Assembly (NCBI RefSeq): GCF_006345805.1
Contig: NC_042999.1
Span: forward strand, 108,128,001 to 108,192,000
DNA length: 64,000 bases
Direction: 5' to 3'
Source: Octopus sinensis
Lineage: Eukaryota
Shown here: in pieces, positions 38,467-51,004 of the stretch
Layout of the letters: the number at the start of each line of letters is the position of its first letter
How positions within the stretch are numbered: position 1 is the stretch's first letter
Program-made: the position numbers and the translations under genes
The notes under the pieces: generated by a model
Seen by the model: only the letters and a program-made list of their open reading frames with translations
The model's database searches: none
Told to the model about the DNA's origin: nothing

Positions 38467-39798
38467 ATCTATTTGTGTCCATTTCTTAAATAGATGTATA
38501 ACAGTGTGTATATATGTGTGTGTTTAAACATTTATTTGGTTATAGAAATATGAGGATAAACTATATATCATAATTAAAATACATTACTGATTGCATTTTT
38601 ATGTTCTTTTTACAGAAATTTTTGAAATTAATTCAGAATAAAGATTCTTATTCAAGTGATTTAAGTATAATGGTTTGTGTAATATATAACCTTTTACTTT
38701 GAATAGTAGACAGTTTGAACAGAGAAAGTTATATGTACTGTCAACAGAGAAAGGAAATGCTAATTCATATTCACAATCCAGATTAATTTTATGGCTATGA
38801 AACATAGTCTGTAAGATCTGATACTTTTGCAACAATCATTTTCATCAAACCAGAATAGTGTATAAAATTTATTGTTTGGGAAATATTTATATGGTCTAAT
38901 CTTGAATTATTGTGTCTTTTACTCAACATCGTTTGATAACAGAAGCTATTTACATATTCTGTATGAATAGGCTTTTTGCATATGTTTGTTCTTGTTCTTC
39001 TTAAATAACATCAGTGAATGACTTATTAATAACCTATGGATTGCATGAATTTCGCACTTATTTTGACTGACTTAATTTCTCATTATCGCATGAGCATATA
39101 AAGGCAGAGAAGTAGTGATAATAGTAAAATGTGGCAAGATATAAGTCTTAAAATATGCAAAAACTTGTCTGCATTCCATGTTAAATCTTGTTGCTATTAC
39201 CTCATACTTCTATATCAATAAATTACATATCAGTTATGTACTGGAATTGATTCAGTTTTACTATACCTTTAAAATGCATGATGGTCTTTTGCCAGTAAAA
39301 GTCTTTATAGTATTTAGATCATTACATCATTGTTCTATATTCAAATTCTGCCAATGTTTTCTAATGTTTTTAATCTTGTGGATCAATAAAAATATGATCA
39401 TGTAAATAATATTTGATTAATTGTATTGAATATTCTTTACACTGCAAATACAGATGTGTATAAGAAATCATTATTTTTATATATATTCATGTCATGCTCT
39501 CATCAATATTTGGTGCATTGATAGCAAATCAAGCACTTGCACAAGGATTCCCAAGGCATAGTCTTTGAGCTACAATGAATTTAGTGTTTATCTTTAAATA
39601 ATATCAACAAGCACCTGGTATTTAATTAAGTATGTGCTGGTATGGATGGTGAGTTTTTGAAGGTAATATGAATTTCCCTATGCAGTAACTTGAACATGTG
39701 TCTTCTGACAGTTTCCAGTAAATCAATATCTTGCTAGTGGAATTAGATGAGTAGAAACTGTGAAGAACTTGTCATATATATGTGCTAAGGTATAGATA

Positions 39799-40026
39799 TA
39801 TTTCTTTACTACCCACAAGGGACTAAACACAGAGGGGACAAACAAGGACAGACAAACGGATTAAGTCTATTACATCGACCCCATTGCATAACTAGTACTT
39901 AATTTATCGACCCCAAATGGATGAAAGGCAAAGTTGACCTCGGCGGAATTTGAACTCAGAACATAACGGCAGACAAAATATGGCTACGCATTTCGCCCAG
40001 CTTGCTAACGATTCTGCCAGCTCACC
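39799..40026 (-). mobile_element. Young SINE family B variant with 14-bp TSD CTAAGGTATAGATA
   Basis: Identical ctaaggtatagata at 39785-39798 and 40027-40040. CpG-rich body (ttgacctcggcggaatttgaactcaga) with a distinct 3' end. Confidence 0.92.
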
Positions 40027-40459
40027 CTAAGGTATAGATAAATAAATAGATAAATGGTTGGATGTTTACAGCTTTTACTAATAATGTCTAATGATGAAGG
40101 ATGTAAACTAATGCTCAATGGTGATGGATGTCAACGTTCTGATACCTTTTCAACAAAATCTTTTAGTGAGTTACTGGTACTCCCTTCTCACTCTTGCCAA
40201 CAGAAATGCAGAGATCAGCACATTAGACACTTGTAACCAACAATACTATTGTTCAGAAATTTCTGTAATAAGTATCAGCAAAATATGTGTCATATATTAA
40301 TGCTATTCATATGTTTGCTGTATAGTACTGCAACAGCCTGAATGAATATTGAAAAAGTTTTTATGTTGCCAATTGTGAAATAATATTTTTTTATTCTAAA
40401 CTTCTTTCTATTAGATCTCTTAATTGTAGCTTCAATATGTTTGTGACACTCAAAGTCAT

Positions 40460-41013
40460 GCCGATGAGAAATGGCACCCCAGGCTAAAGAAGGTCTTCAC
40501 CCACGTAAGGTGTTGTTATCTCTTTGGTGGGAAATGAAAAGTTTAGTCCACTTCAAACTTTTAAACACAAACCAAACAATAATGAAAGAGATCTACTGTG
40601 AGCAGCTTAAGTCAGCACTAGAAGAAAAGTGACCATCTTTGGTTTCAAGACGAAAGGTGTTCTTGCATCAAGATAATGCTCGGCCACATACAGTGAGGAT
40701 GACATTCCAAAGGCTGGATCAGTTTGAATGGGAAATGATGCCCCACCTACCACATTTGCTGGACATTTCCCCATCTGATTATCATTTACTCCACAGCTTT
40801 CAAAATCAGTTGGACAGAAAAAATATGAATTCCGTAGACGTGGTTAGAATAGAACTGGAGGAGTATTTTTCATCATGGTATTTTTCCAGATAAATGGAAG
40901 AGCATTGTAGCAAATGAAGGAGTGTATATTTTAGATTAAAAAAGAACTTTATCTTAATTTTGAAAAATAAAAGAAGTGTAAAAAAACCACATTATTTATG
41001 GGATGACCCAATA
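40460..41013 (+). mobile_element. 5'-truncated mariner (Tc1/mariner, DD34D type) transposase relic with right TIR
   Basis: Frame from 40471 reads LHPRKVLLSLWW...YCEQL..EEK*PSLVSRRKVFLHQDNARPH...PHLPHLLDISPSDYHL, i.e. the HDNARPH and decayed YSPDLAPSD motifs, with one in-frame TGA and a C-terminal deletion. TIR aaaaccacattatttatgggatgacccaata is followed by TA. Confidence 0.93.
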
Positions 41014-41520
41014 TATATATATATATAAGAATAAGGAGAAAGTGGAGAAGTAATTAATAAAATTAATTATTAATTATAAAATATATATATATATATATAT
41101 ATTCTAAATTCCATCTTCAGCTTTAATAGTTTTGAAAGTGTTTATATGGTTCTCAGGTCAGATACTTTGGCTGTCTTATTTCTCTTGTTCATTTCTAAAA
41201 GGTTCTGAATGGCATTAGTTTAGTGAATCATAAACATTGGTTAATGATATAGTTTTACATCAATACTTTCATATATGTGTATGATCATAAGGTGTGAATA
41301 ACAGTCAATAATCAAGGCAAGTATATTTTATATTTACAACTCAGTCTCTATTTATATCTCTTTATTCTAGCATATGAAATTAGAGAAATTTAAACATAAA
41401 TTACTAATTGCTCTAATGTATAACTTTTGGTACAGTCTTTGTACCTCTGAAGTTATGTAACACATGAAAATTTAGTATTTCTCCTCTGGTAATTTTAATT
41501 ATCATCCAGCTCTTCCCCCT

Positions 41521-41690
41521 CATCTTCATCTTTTAATGACCATTTTCCATGCTGGTATGAGTTGAATGATTGAACAAGATCTGACAGTTTCAAGAACTGT
41601 ATCATGTTCTAATGTCTGCTTTGGTATGATTTCTATTGCTGGATGCCCTTTAAACTGCCAATCACTTTACAAAGTGTATCGGTTGCTTTT
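41521..41690 (-). mobile_element. Degenerate RTE-type 3' tail fragment
   Basis: ccattttccatgctggtatgagttgaa...gctggatgccctt..ctgccaatcactttac. Confidence 0.65.
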
Positions 41691-42008
41691 TTTTAATGGC
41701 ACAAGCACTAGTAAGGTCAGCCTGCAGCTCACAAAACTAAGATCTTCTCTAATTGTGGGGGACTACAGCAGGGTGGGAAGTGACTTTATGTGAGAATATG
41801 AGAGACTAAAATATGGTTTGTTGTTGAGGAGCAACATGGCTACTCACACGAGAGTAACTGGAGTGGAATTGCTAATATTAATTGTATGTGTAAATACTTC
41901 ATAAAGCTTATATGAATCTTGAAGAGCACTGTTTGCTTACACTAAACATTACACCACTATGTCACTGATAGCTATGAATATGACATAATATATTGCTTTG
42001 TAAAAATA

Positions 42009-42300
42009 TTACAGAGATGTACTTGCATAGCAAGTGACCTGATCTGAGATCGTGTGCTGGAACGAAAACAATTGCAGTGTAGAAGGTGTTTATAAGCCAT
42101 TTAAGAAACACACAAAAACCGTTAGATTCACTTCAACATTTAAATTTAATAAATGCAGCACAGAATTTTGTCAGTGAACAGGTCGCAGTCTCAGAGCGAC
42201 GAAAATATTTTGACAAATTAAATTTAAATGTTGAAGTGAATCTAACAGTTTTTGTGTGTTTCTTAAATGGCTTGTAAACACCTTCCACACTGCAATTGTT
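42009..42300. mobile_element. Fold-back element (85-bp inverted arms, 3 mismatches) with a central hammerhead motif, probably a Penelope-like derivative
   Basis: Arms at 42066-42150 and 42217-42301. Direct repeat tgtaaaaata at 41999-42008 and 42301-42310. The left side has about 57 bp not mirrored on the right. Confidence 0.8.
42167..42217 (+). ncRNA. Minimal type-I hammerhead ribozyme motif with a G3:C8 covariant core
   Basis: UUUGUCA-GUGAACA-G-GUCGC(AGUCUCAGA)GCGAC-GAAA-AUAU-U-U-UGACAAA. Stem I is a perfect 7 bp, stem II is a perfect 5 bp closed by G:C, and stem III is the palindrome AAUAUU. Confidence 0.7.
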
Positions 42301-42884
42301 TGTAAAAATACATTTGAAGAAAACTTGTACTCACTATAAAATGATTGTTCTCTCCACACATACATATATCTTGTATTCTATCCAAATTATTTTGTATGCT
42401 ATTGCAAAATTTCACTGTTCCATTTACGCAGTTTGGAAACAATTACTCTCACTCCTTGTTTCATTACATATACCAAAGTTTCCAACCTTGCTAAAATCAT
42501 TGCAATTCAGACTGAATTGTTTTCTTTGAATTTATATGTTGATTTTGTTCTTTATATAGGAATTAATATATTTCCTTTTCTTTCACTTTTTTGTTTGTTT
42601 TTGTTTTAGCTCTTACCTGAAATCCTTTATGGCTCTACTTTAGAGCTTCCTTATTGCTCTTTTGATTTATGATAATATGTTTGCAGCAGAGTAAAATTGA
42701 TGTATATATTCATACTCAGATGGGGGAAAAGTATTAAATTTAGGAGCCTTATAAATATTTACACTTAAATACAAATATACTGCATATAAAGGAAGCTCAA
42801 TTGATAAGGATGTATTTATATTGAGTTACTGAGTATATAATCAAATGAGATGCATGTATGTGTGCACGTTTAATTATCTGTTTA

Positions 42885-43130
42885 CATGTGTATGTGTTTA
42901 GGTATATATATATATATGTATATTTATATATATAATGTATACATATGCATATATTTTATATATTTATATATATATGTAAATATGTGTAAGGTACATGTAT
43001 ATACGTATGTCTGTTTATATATATATTTACATATGCATTTGTCTATATATGTAAATATATATAAGGTACATGTATGTGTGTATGTATCTATATGCATATA
43101 CATATGTACAAACTCACATGCACACACACA
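42885..43130. repeat. Degenerate TA/TG microsatellite field with an internal duplication (tatatatgtaaatat..taaggtacatgtat twice)
   Basis: Seen directly. Confidence 0.85.
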
Positions 43131-44828
43131 CTCATATTATTTTGCTTCATTTTAGATTATTGCATATGTTTAGCAATGTATGCATATATGCATAGTTTTA
43201 TACTTTTTATAAACCACAAGTATATGTTGAAAATGAAAAAAAAAATGACTATATCAAATAATATTAGATTTAATCATCGCTACAATTCAATATGGTGTTT
43301 GATAAACATCATGTGTATAAATATTCATCTGCTCTAACAAGAAATTGATAAGGTCAGGCTTGAGAACAATACATTTCACTGATGGTTTATATGATGCAGG
43401 ATTGACACACATATTGAAATGAAGCATTGCAATCTTGAACCCAAAGCAGCATGATAATGAAATCATGATGGTAACATTCTATGTATTCATTTAATTTTTT
43501 TTTTTTTTTGCCCTTCATTTATCTTTTTTACAAAGTAATTTTCATATGTAAGGTTTGAAATATCTGAAAGGATTAATTTTTTGTTTTTAATAAACTTTAA
43601 GAGCTTCGCAGTTTTGCTTCATTCTGCTGCCAAAATGTTCATATATGTCCCCTGTTTATTATGGCTTTGTTAGTTTTAGAGACTGCCATGCTTTACCATA
43701 TTGCTCTATGATTCTATTGTGCCATGTTGGCTTAAATTCCAGCATATTTGTCCTTCTTTCATACACTCATATTTTGTCAAGATTGTAAACTTTAAAACAG
43801 TTTAGGTGATAGTTTTTTCAGTTAGCAAACACAGTCATTACTGGTTTTTCCATTTCATGGTATTTTAAAACTAGTTATTGTTGAAAAACACTGCTGTTGC
43901 ACTACTTTACTCTCTGCTTTTAACTAAAGCTCTAGATTAAATTTTTAGATTGTTATAAAGAACATCTATGTCATATCTGGTCACTAACATAGTGTGTCAT
44001 TATATGGTTGTTTGTACATTGCTGGAGGCTGGCTTACAGTTTAAGTGACTTCAAAAAATTACATATAGGATTAGTAAGAGGAAGAACATTATAGTTATAA
44101 GTGCAGTTATAGAAGTTTACTGTATGTAAAGCAGATAGATGGAAGAGACATTTGTATATATTGCTGACCAAACCAACAATATAAAAAAAAATGACAGATA
44201 AATAACAGTTCACCATTTTATTAAAGAATATTATTTTAATGCCACATGTAAAACTGTGTTAATATTTTTGTCTAGTTAACATTAATTGTATTTTTGAATA
44301 AAATTTATTTTTCAATTTTTCTTTTGTATATAATATAATTAAATTCTTTTCAAAAAGAAATGGAGAATTCCTTATAATGCTTTTAATAAAACTCTAAAAA
44401 TAGTAAGGAATCTCAATAAAAGTTCAATTCAGTAGTTACAAAATTCAAAATCAATGCTTTTAAACATAAATCACAAGAATTTTATTTGTTGGAACCATTA
44501 ATAATGATTACATAATTGCTATTCCACCATTAAAGAAAAGAGAAATTATATGTCAACTTTATCTTCCTTCATTATGTTTAATACACCTTGTTTGAGGTTG
44601 AAATACTCTCTGAATCAAAATGCAAATGTACAACATGTTTTATGTCCATGTACAAATAAATACTTCTGAAATTGATAAAAATGTTGCACTATATACTTTA
44701 CGGAATCTGTTTCTGTGGTATTCCTGTTATTCCATTAACTGATTTTTGGGCACCTCAGCAGAATCCACTCTGCAGCAAGCATTCAAACCAGGTTTTGCAG
44801 TCTGAGATCATCATGATCTTTCTCTCAC

Positions 44829-44882
44829 CAGTTGAAGGCCATGCATGTAAAGAGATCATGGGTGAACTTCTTTCTCTTCTCA
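44829..44882 (-). CDS. Candidate 54-nt exon (EKRKKFTHDLFTCMAFN, or RRERSSPMISLHAWPST in the other open frame)
   Basis: Acceptor ttcttttttatggcttag| and donor AACTG|gtgaga. Length is divisible by 3. Confidence 0.25.
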
Positions 44883-45286
44883 CTAAGCCATAAAAAAGAA
44901 TTAACTAGGTCATACTACTAAGTTGTCAGTTTAAACTTGGCTATTCAGTAATCTAAGACTGATACAATAAGAATAGTGTACTCAAGTTATGTACTGACTA
45001 TAACCACTTTTATTTATACATGATCTTACAAGTCACTGAGGGAGTTTTTAAGTAGTTGCTTAACTTTTTAAAGCCAATGATCAAATCTTCCTCAAATGAA
45101 ACCCTTCCATTTTAAAAATAGGCATATTTGGTAATGTAATCTGGGAAACGACACCTGAATAAAAGATGATCATAGCTGGATTGCTTTTGATTATAAGTAA
45201 AATTGATTAGGGTCAATAACAATGAAAAGATATAGTTCTTCATGAATATATTAATATTTATTTGTATTGTCCATTGTATCTTTAAT

Positions 45287-45640
45287 CATGCTTTTGTAAG
45301 AAAACAAAATTCCTTACTGCGTGGTTCCATGTTTGATCTCACTGCATGACACCTTAAGCAAGTGTCTTCTATTATAGCCATCGGCCAACCAAAGCCTTGT
45401 GAATGGATATAGTAGACAGAAACTGAAAGAAGTCTATTGTGTGTGTGTGTGTCTGTCTGTGTGTTTGTCTCCCATGACCACTTGACATCTATTGGTTTGT
45501 TTATGTCTATGTAACTCAGTTGTTTAGCAAGAGAGACCAATAGGCTTAAAATATATAAGTATTTTATTCAATTAGTTTGAATAAAAACCTTCAAGTCAGT
45601 ACACCGTGGCCACCGTCCAGTAACTGAAGCAAGTAAAAGA
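45287..45640 (+). mobile_element. Degenerate full-length SINE family A copy
   Basis: caccttaagcaagtgtcttctattatagcc...agaaactgaaagaag, (TG)n, and tail actgaagcaagtaaaaga. Confidence 0.82.
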
Positions 45641-46119
45641 CAGCAGATAATCTGTTTCTAAATTAACTATAATTAAAATATGAAGCTATTCTTCACATTG
45701 GAGGCAAAATGCCACTGTATGTACATATTCTACAGTCAAATCTGTCTCCTGAAACTACATTGAATTTGGCTCTTTTCAATTTGCAACTCTACCAACTCCA
45801 CTTAACTTTACTTAATGCACATACCACTTTTTCAACTTTCAGACCAAGCATGAATCTTATCTTCAATCCATTCTTGTTCAAAGTGCAACTTTATAGAAAT
45901 TATTGCCCACCTATAGTGCCCACAACACCTATTGACCCTGTGTGTGTAACAATTCAAAATTAAACATGAATTGCATTCACTTAACTTATGTATCTTGAAA
46001 CCCTGTGCTAGAAGGACTTAATAAACTCTGAGCAATGTCTTTCTTGTCGATACAACATTGTTTGTCTTTGTTATGCATTATATTTAATACTTCTGGAATC
46101 TATTAACACTATTGTTCTT

Positions 46120-46260
46120 ATCAAAGACATACCATCTATGACCATCCCATGTTATTTTCAGGAACTTCACTAGCCAATATGACCTTCTAGGATGTGATTT
46201 GAGGGAGATTCTTGCAGCTTACTAACCACATAGAAGCACATTCATTGGCTTATTAGTTGT
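46120..46260 (-). mobile_element. Repeat family F fragment
   Basis: atgaccatccc...ggatgtgatttgagggagatt...cattggct. Confidence 0.5.
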
Positions 46261-47971
46261 GGAATTTTCTAATTGATAGATGATGAGAAAGTGGATTAAA
46301 TAAATGAGTAGACATATAATAACCTCAATTCTGTTGTATTTGTCATTAAAGATTTATTATTTAGCACGTTTTGAACCAAGAGTGTAATTTCATATTGTAA
46401 CTGTTTTCGAGTGTATGAGCATTTTGCATTGGAAAGACAACAGAGTTAGAATCATGTAATTGACTTACAAATATCTTTATATAGTTAGTGGTTTGGCCTT
46501 TATTGTTAGGGTGAAAGTATTTGAATGATGTACAGTTATGAAGTTGCCTACTTCACTTAATGAAGATGCCTCTTGAATTTAACTATTTTGATTTCTTTGT
46601 TCAAATTATATGTCAATGATATATATCAAAGCTGATTTTGTCATTGAGTAGATTCAGATTACCTGTCTCTCTATCTCATGAGAATAAAACACTGGTCCAA
46701 CATGTGAGACACAAATATTTTGGTTTACATTGAATATCAGTAATCAGTTGGTGTTTAAGCTACAGCTGTCCTGTCTTGTTGACATAAGATTTGAATTTTA
46801 TAAAAATGTTTGAAGTTTAAAAATAGAAAATTTGGTGAGAAAGATATGACTTGTCTTATATTTATCTTTGCTGACTTTGATAAAGAATAAAAGTATATGC
46901 TAAATCATGACGAAAATATAAGACTTTAGATTTAGATTTTTGGTATAAATCTTATACACTTATTGGCACTTTGTGTTAAAAATTATAATCTCTGTTCATG
47001 AACATTTTCATGTTCTATTCATATTAGACATTATGCATATATTTTGTTTTGTGAAACTTTATAAATATTGTGAACATAAATAAGAAGCCAAGTAGATAAC
47101 AAACTCAACAATGTATATTATATTAGGAATTTTACAAAACTTTATTTCAAACCTGTTTATTAGAAACTAATCTATATAAGAGATATATCTCAAACTTGTT
47201 GAAATTGTACTTCAATAAATCAAAGTGATTTATTTCAAATTGAGTGAAGTAATATGCTGCTTGCAAATGCATCTATTCATTTTTCCAAAGTCTGTATTTT
47301 AACAATATTGAATTTTTTCAAAATAGATATTTGATTCTAACAAAGTACTTTCCATTTTAACTTGATTTTCATATTCCTGCTTTAAACTGTAAGTGGTTTG
47401 GTCTTCCATGTGATATTTAACAGTTGTAATTATGCAACAACTGCAACAATAAGTTTATTTTCAATGAAATCAAATGTATGCATTGCATAAAGTATCTTTA
47501 TTTGTATATTCATTTTGAAGAAATAAGTCTTTGTTCTTATTTAACAAGGTCCAAGAAATTCAGTTGTTAAGGTTTTTGTTCAAGTCACCAAGATTTGCAT
47601 GACCAAACAGAGTTTTGAATAGTTTGTCAGGAGTGAGTGATAGATAAATAGTCCTAACAGAACCATAATCTTGAGGTTGAAACCTATATATATATATATA
47701 TTGCTTTGTGTATAAGTTTGTGGGATAGAGCACACAAACACAGGAGTGGTTGTAAGAAGCAAACTTAATGGCACAAATGTTAGATTTAAGTAAATGTGAA
47801 ACACTAGACAGTTATTTCTAAAGAGAAAAATTCTATAGATTTATTTAAAAAAAGTTACAGCATAATAGTTAAAGGGTCCCTATAACTTTACGTTCTGCTT
47901 GAGAATTGTGAAGGTAATTCAAGGTGTACTTCTTTGAAATAGTATTTTGTATTAGCACTACTAAGAGGTCC

Positions 47972-48204
47972 TAATCCTTTAGTGTTTAGGTTATTATATC
48001 AAATATTATATCAAACAATGCTTATTAATACACATCGTTTTGAATTAATCATGCTTTTGTCATCCTTCAGATATCAATGATATGATTGTTTACTGTATAA
48101 TAACTTTGTAGGATAGCTGTGAGAGCCTGGATCTGGTCAATTTGAACATAAAACAAATGGAAAATTTTGACCAGATACGGCCAATTTAAATGCTAAAGGG
48201 TTAA
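47972..48204 (+). mobile_element. piggyBac-like MITE (type 1)
   Basis: Ends aatgctaaagggttaa. Internal tgcttatt..ttttgaattaatcatgc..ctggatctggtc matches the 20835 copy. Confidence 0.7.
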
Positions 48205-49099
48205 AAATCTTTGATATTGCATGTAATTTGTTTACTAAAGAAGCAAAATGTTTATATGGAAATAATGAACAGTAAAAAATTAATTGAATAAATAGTTTAC
48301 AGTAATAAACTAGGTTGTAGTTTCTCTAGGAGAAATTGCATGAATTCTGATTAAAAAACTGAATGTGTCTAACCTGGTAAACAACAGATGGGTGTCTCAG
48401 TGGATATTTATGTGCATCCAGTAAGAGACTGGTCAATTTATAGTGACATATAATTTCTTATTCCGGCTAACACTATTATAGTATAAGGAACTTCCTACAA
48501 CAAACAGAAATTTAAAAGTGTTTGTTTTATAAGTATTTTTCAGTGTTTTGTATAACTTTATAACTATTTTGATTTTTCCTGGTACTTACATAATTTACAA
48601 TGAAACTGACTATGACAATCAAATAGATATACTGAAGTCTTTTCCAGCCAGAATACAGAAATTTTCATTGGAAACCAACAAAAAAATTACTGTATCATTT
48701 CCTAATGTTTCACTTAGTTTCTTCCTGCTAGCGCTTATAACTTGTTTACTTGTTCTTTGCTCACCTATAAATTATTACTTGTGTTTGCGTTTTGTTTTTA
48801 CTTATTGACTTTTATGTGATAAATTCATAAAAGTTTACTTTTTCCGTGATTTATTCTGTCATCTTCTACTTTGTCTTGTGCTTATTATGTTTGTTTATTT
48901 AAACAAACATAACATTCTACTCTTTCCTATACTTTACTTAAGTCTCAACTTCTTACAGACATACAGACACAAATTCTGAAGTGTGTATATGCAAGTGTTG
49001 GTTCCTTACGCATGTACACACATTTCATATATTTATGCATTCAAAATATATTTAGCTTATTGAAAACAAATATTAAAAATAATATTTTATGAATTATGA

Positions 49100-49260
49100 A
49101 TTATCCAGGGTTTTGTATGTGTGTGTGCATATATATATATACACACACATTTGTGTATGTGTGTATATAAATATGTATGTATACGTGTGTGTGTGTATAT
49201 ATATAATATATATATGTGTGTGTGTGTGTGTATGTGTGTACACATGTATGTATGTATATA
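49100..49260. repeat. TG/TA compound microsatellite
   Basis: Seen directly. Confidence 0.9.
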
Positions 49261-50935
49261 ACTTAAATTGTATACATTTGATTTCTCAAACTTTTTTTCA
49301 ATGTATCTGCATTATTATTTCAAGAATTTATAATAATGATTGAATTGAATATTTGCATTTTTCATTTCTATGCCATAACATTATATATTTCCAAATTTTT
49401 TTCCCATCCCTGAAGTCTTCATGTTCTGTATTTTCTTACTTTTTGACAAGTGAATATTAAGACTGCTATTTACAATTAACTGTCAAAGGAATCTTAGCTC
49501 TCAGAAAACTGCATCAGCTTTACAATATTATAAAGTCTCCAAAGAATATTTGAGGATTTTCAATTTAATTTTTTTAATTTATTCATAGATATAAATGTAT
49601 GTGTGTGTATGTTCTTTTACATTCCTTACTTTTGAGGTTTTTATGGCATGTTTTTCTCTTATTTGATACTTTTGATTGCTGTGTATCAGTTCTATTATTG
49701 TAAAATTATTCAAAATTTTAACTGTAATTTTTATCAAAATTATATTATTTGTAACATGCATACATTTATATAAATAAGATCTGATAATAATTAGAAAATA
49801 AGCAATATCTTGTTTCATAATAAGAGAATATTTAGTTAAAGTGCCTTGTGATAACTGTCCAGATGTCTATATTCTGAGATCAAATCCTGTTCTGTCAGTG
49901 AAAAATTATGTTACTTTTGATAGAAGTTGCAAATGGCAGAGTGTATCAGCAAATTGAAAACTTAATAGTAACACTAATTCCTTGATTCAGTTGAAAAATG
50001 TACAGCCATTGTGTCATCATCAATTTAACATCCACTTTTCCATTCTCACATGGGTTGAATGGAATTTCTTTAGGCAGACTGTCTATGGCCAGATACTGTA
50101 AGGTAATATTTTACTGATGAAGATAGGAAACTAATGGCACTGCTTGCATGATGGTGTCATTTGTTTACAACTATTACATGAAGTCAAAACAAGGAGACAG
50201 TAAATGTATACACAACTTATATATATATTATTAAAAGCAGAGTCGAGTGAGCAAATTGTTTTATAACATAAATTTACAATTGTTTCATTTGTTTTTGAAC
50301 TCAAAAGTATTGGTATATTATATATATAATATATGCAACTATAGACTGACGCTGTATCATTATATTGGTACAATCAAATGCCAGCTCTTTAGAATCTTGT
50401 ATATCATACATTTGCAGCTAAAATTCAGTTGTATCGATATAATGATACCTCAAGACTATAGCTGCATATATCATATAACAGAGCAATAGTCTTGAGTTCA
50501 AATACCAGTGAAACAATTGTGAATTGATGTAATAAAACAATCTGCTTACTCCACCCTGCTTATTAATAATTATATTAATTCCACAGATATTATGGAGTTT
50601 CAGAAATATGATCCATAAAGAAAAAGTAGCAAGAATATGATTATAGAAACAGAGTGATTAGATTAAGAGTGAGGTGGGGAGTGATGGATAGCAATAGAGT
50701 AAATGATAGGCATCAGTAACAGGTGACCTGGAGGAAAGACAGTTGATTACTGGCAGTATAAAAGGAATGACTAGAAGGAGCATTGGTGCTACCAATACTC
50801 ATTATTCAGTAAATAGAAGAGAGAGCGAATCAAGACTGCTGGTAACAGAGATAAGTGATTGAAAGATTCATTATAAAGAGATGAATAGTATAATATGCAC
50901 ATCTTGTGCACGTGTGTGTATATATATATATATAG

Positions 50936-50967
<32 letters not shown>

Positions 50968-51004
50968 TATAATAATACATATAATACGTGTATATAATAT
51001 ATTT

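Noticed and set aside
50114-50135. CUGAUGA-AGAUAG-GAAAC hammerhead-like core
   Set aside because: No stem II pairing, no stem III/UH closure and no stem I partner.
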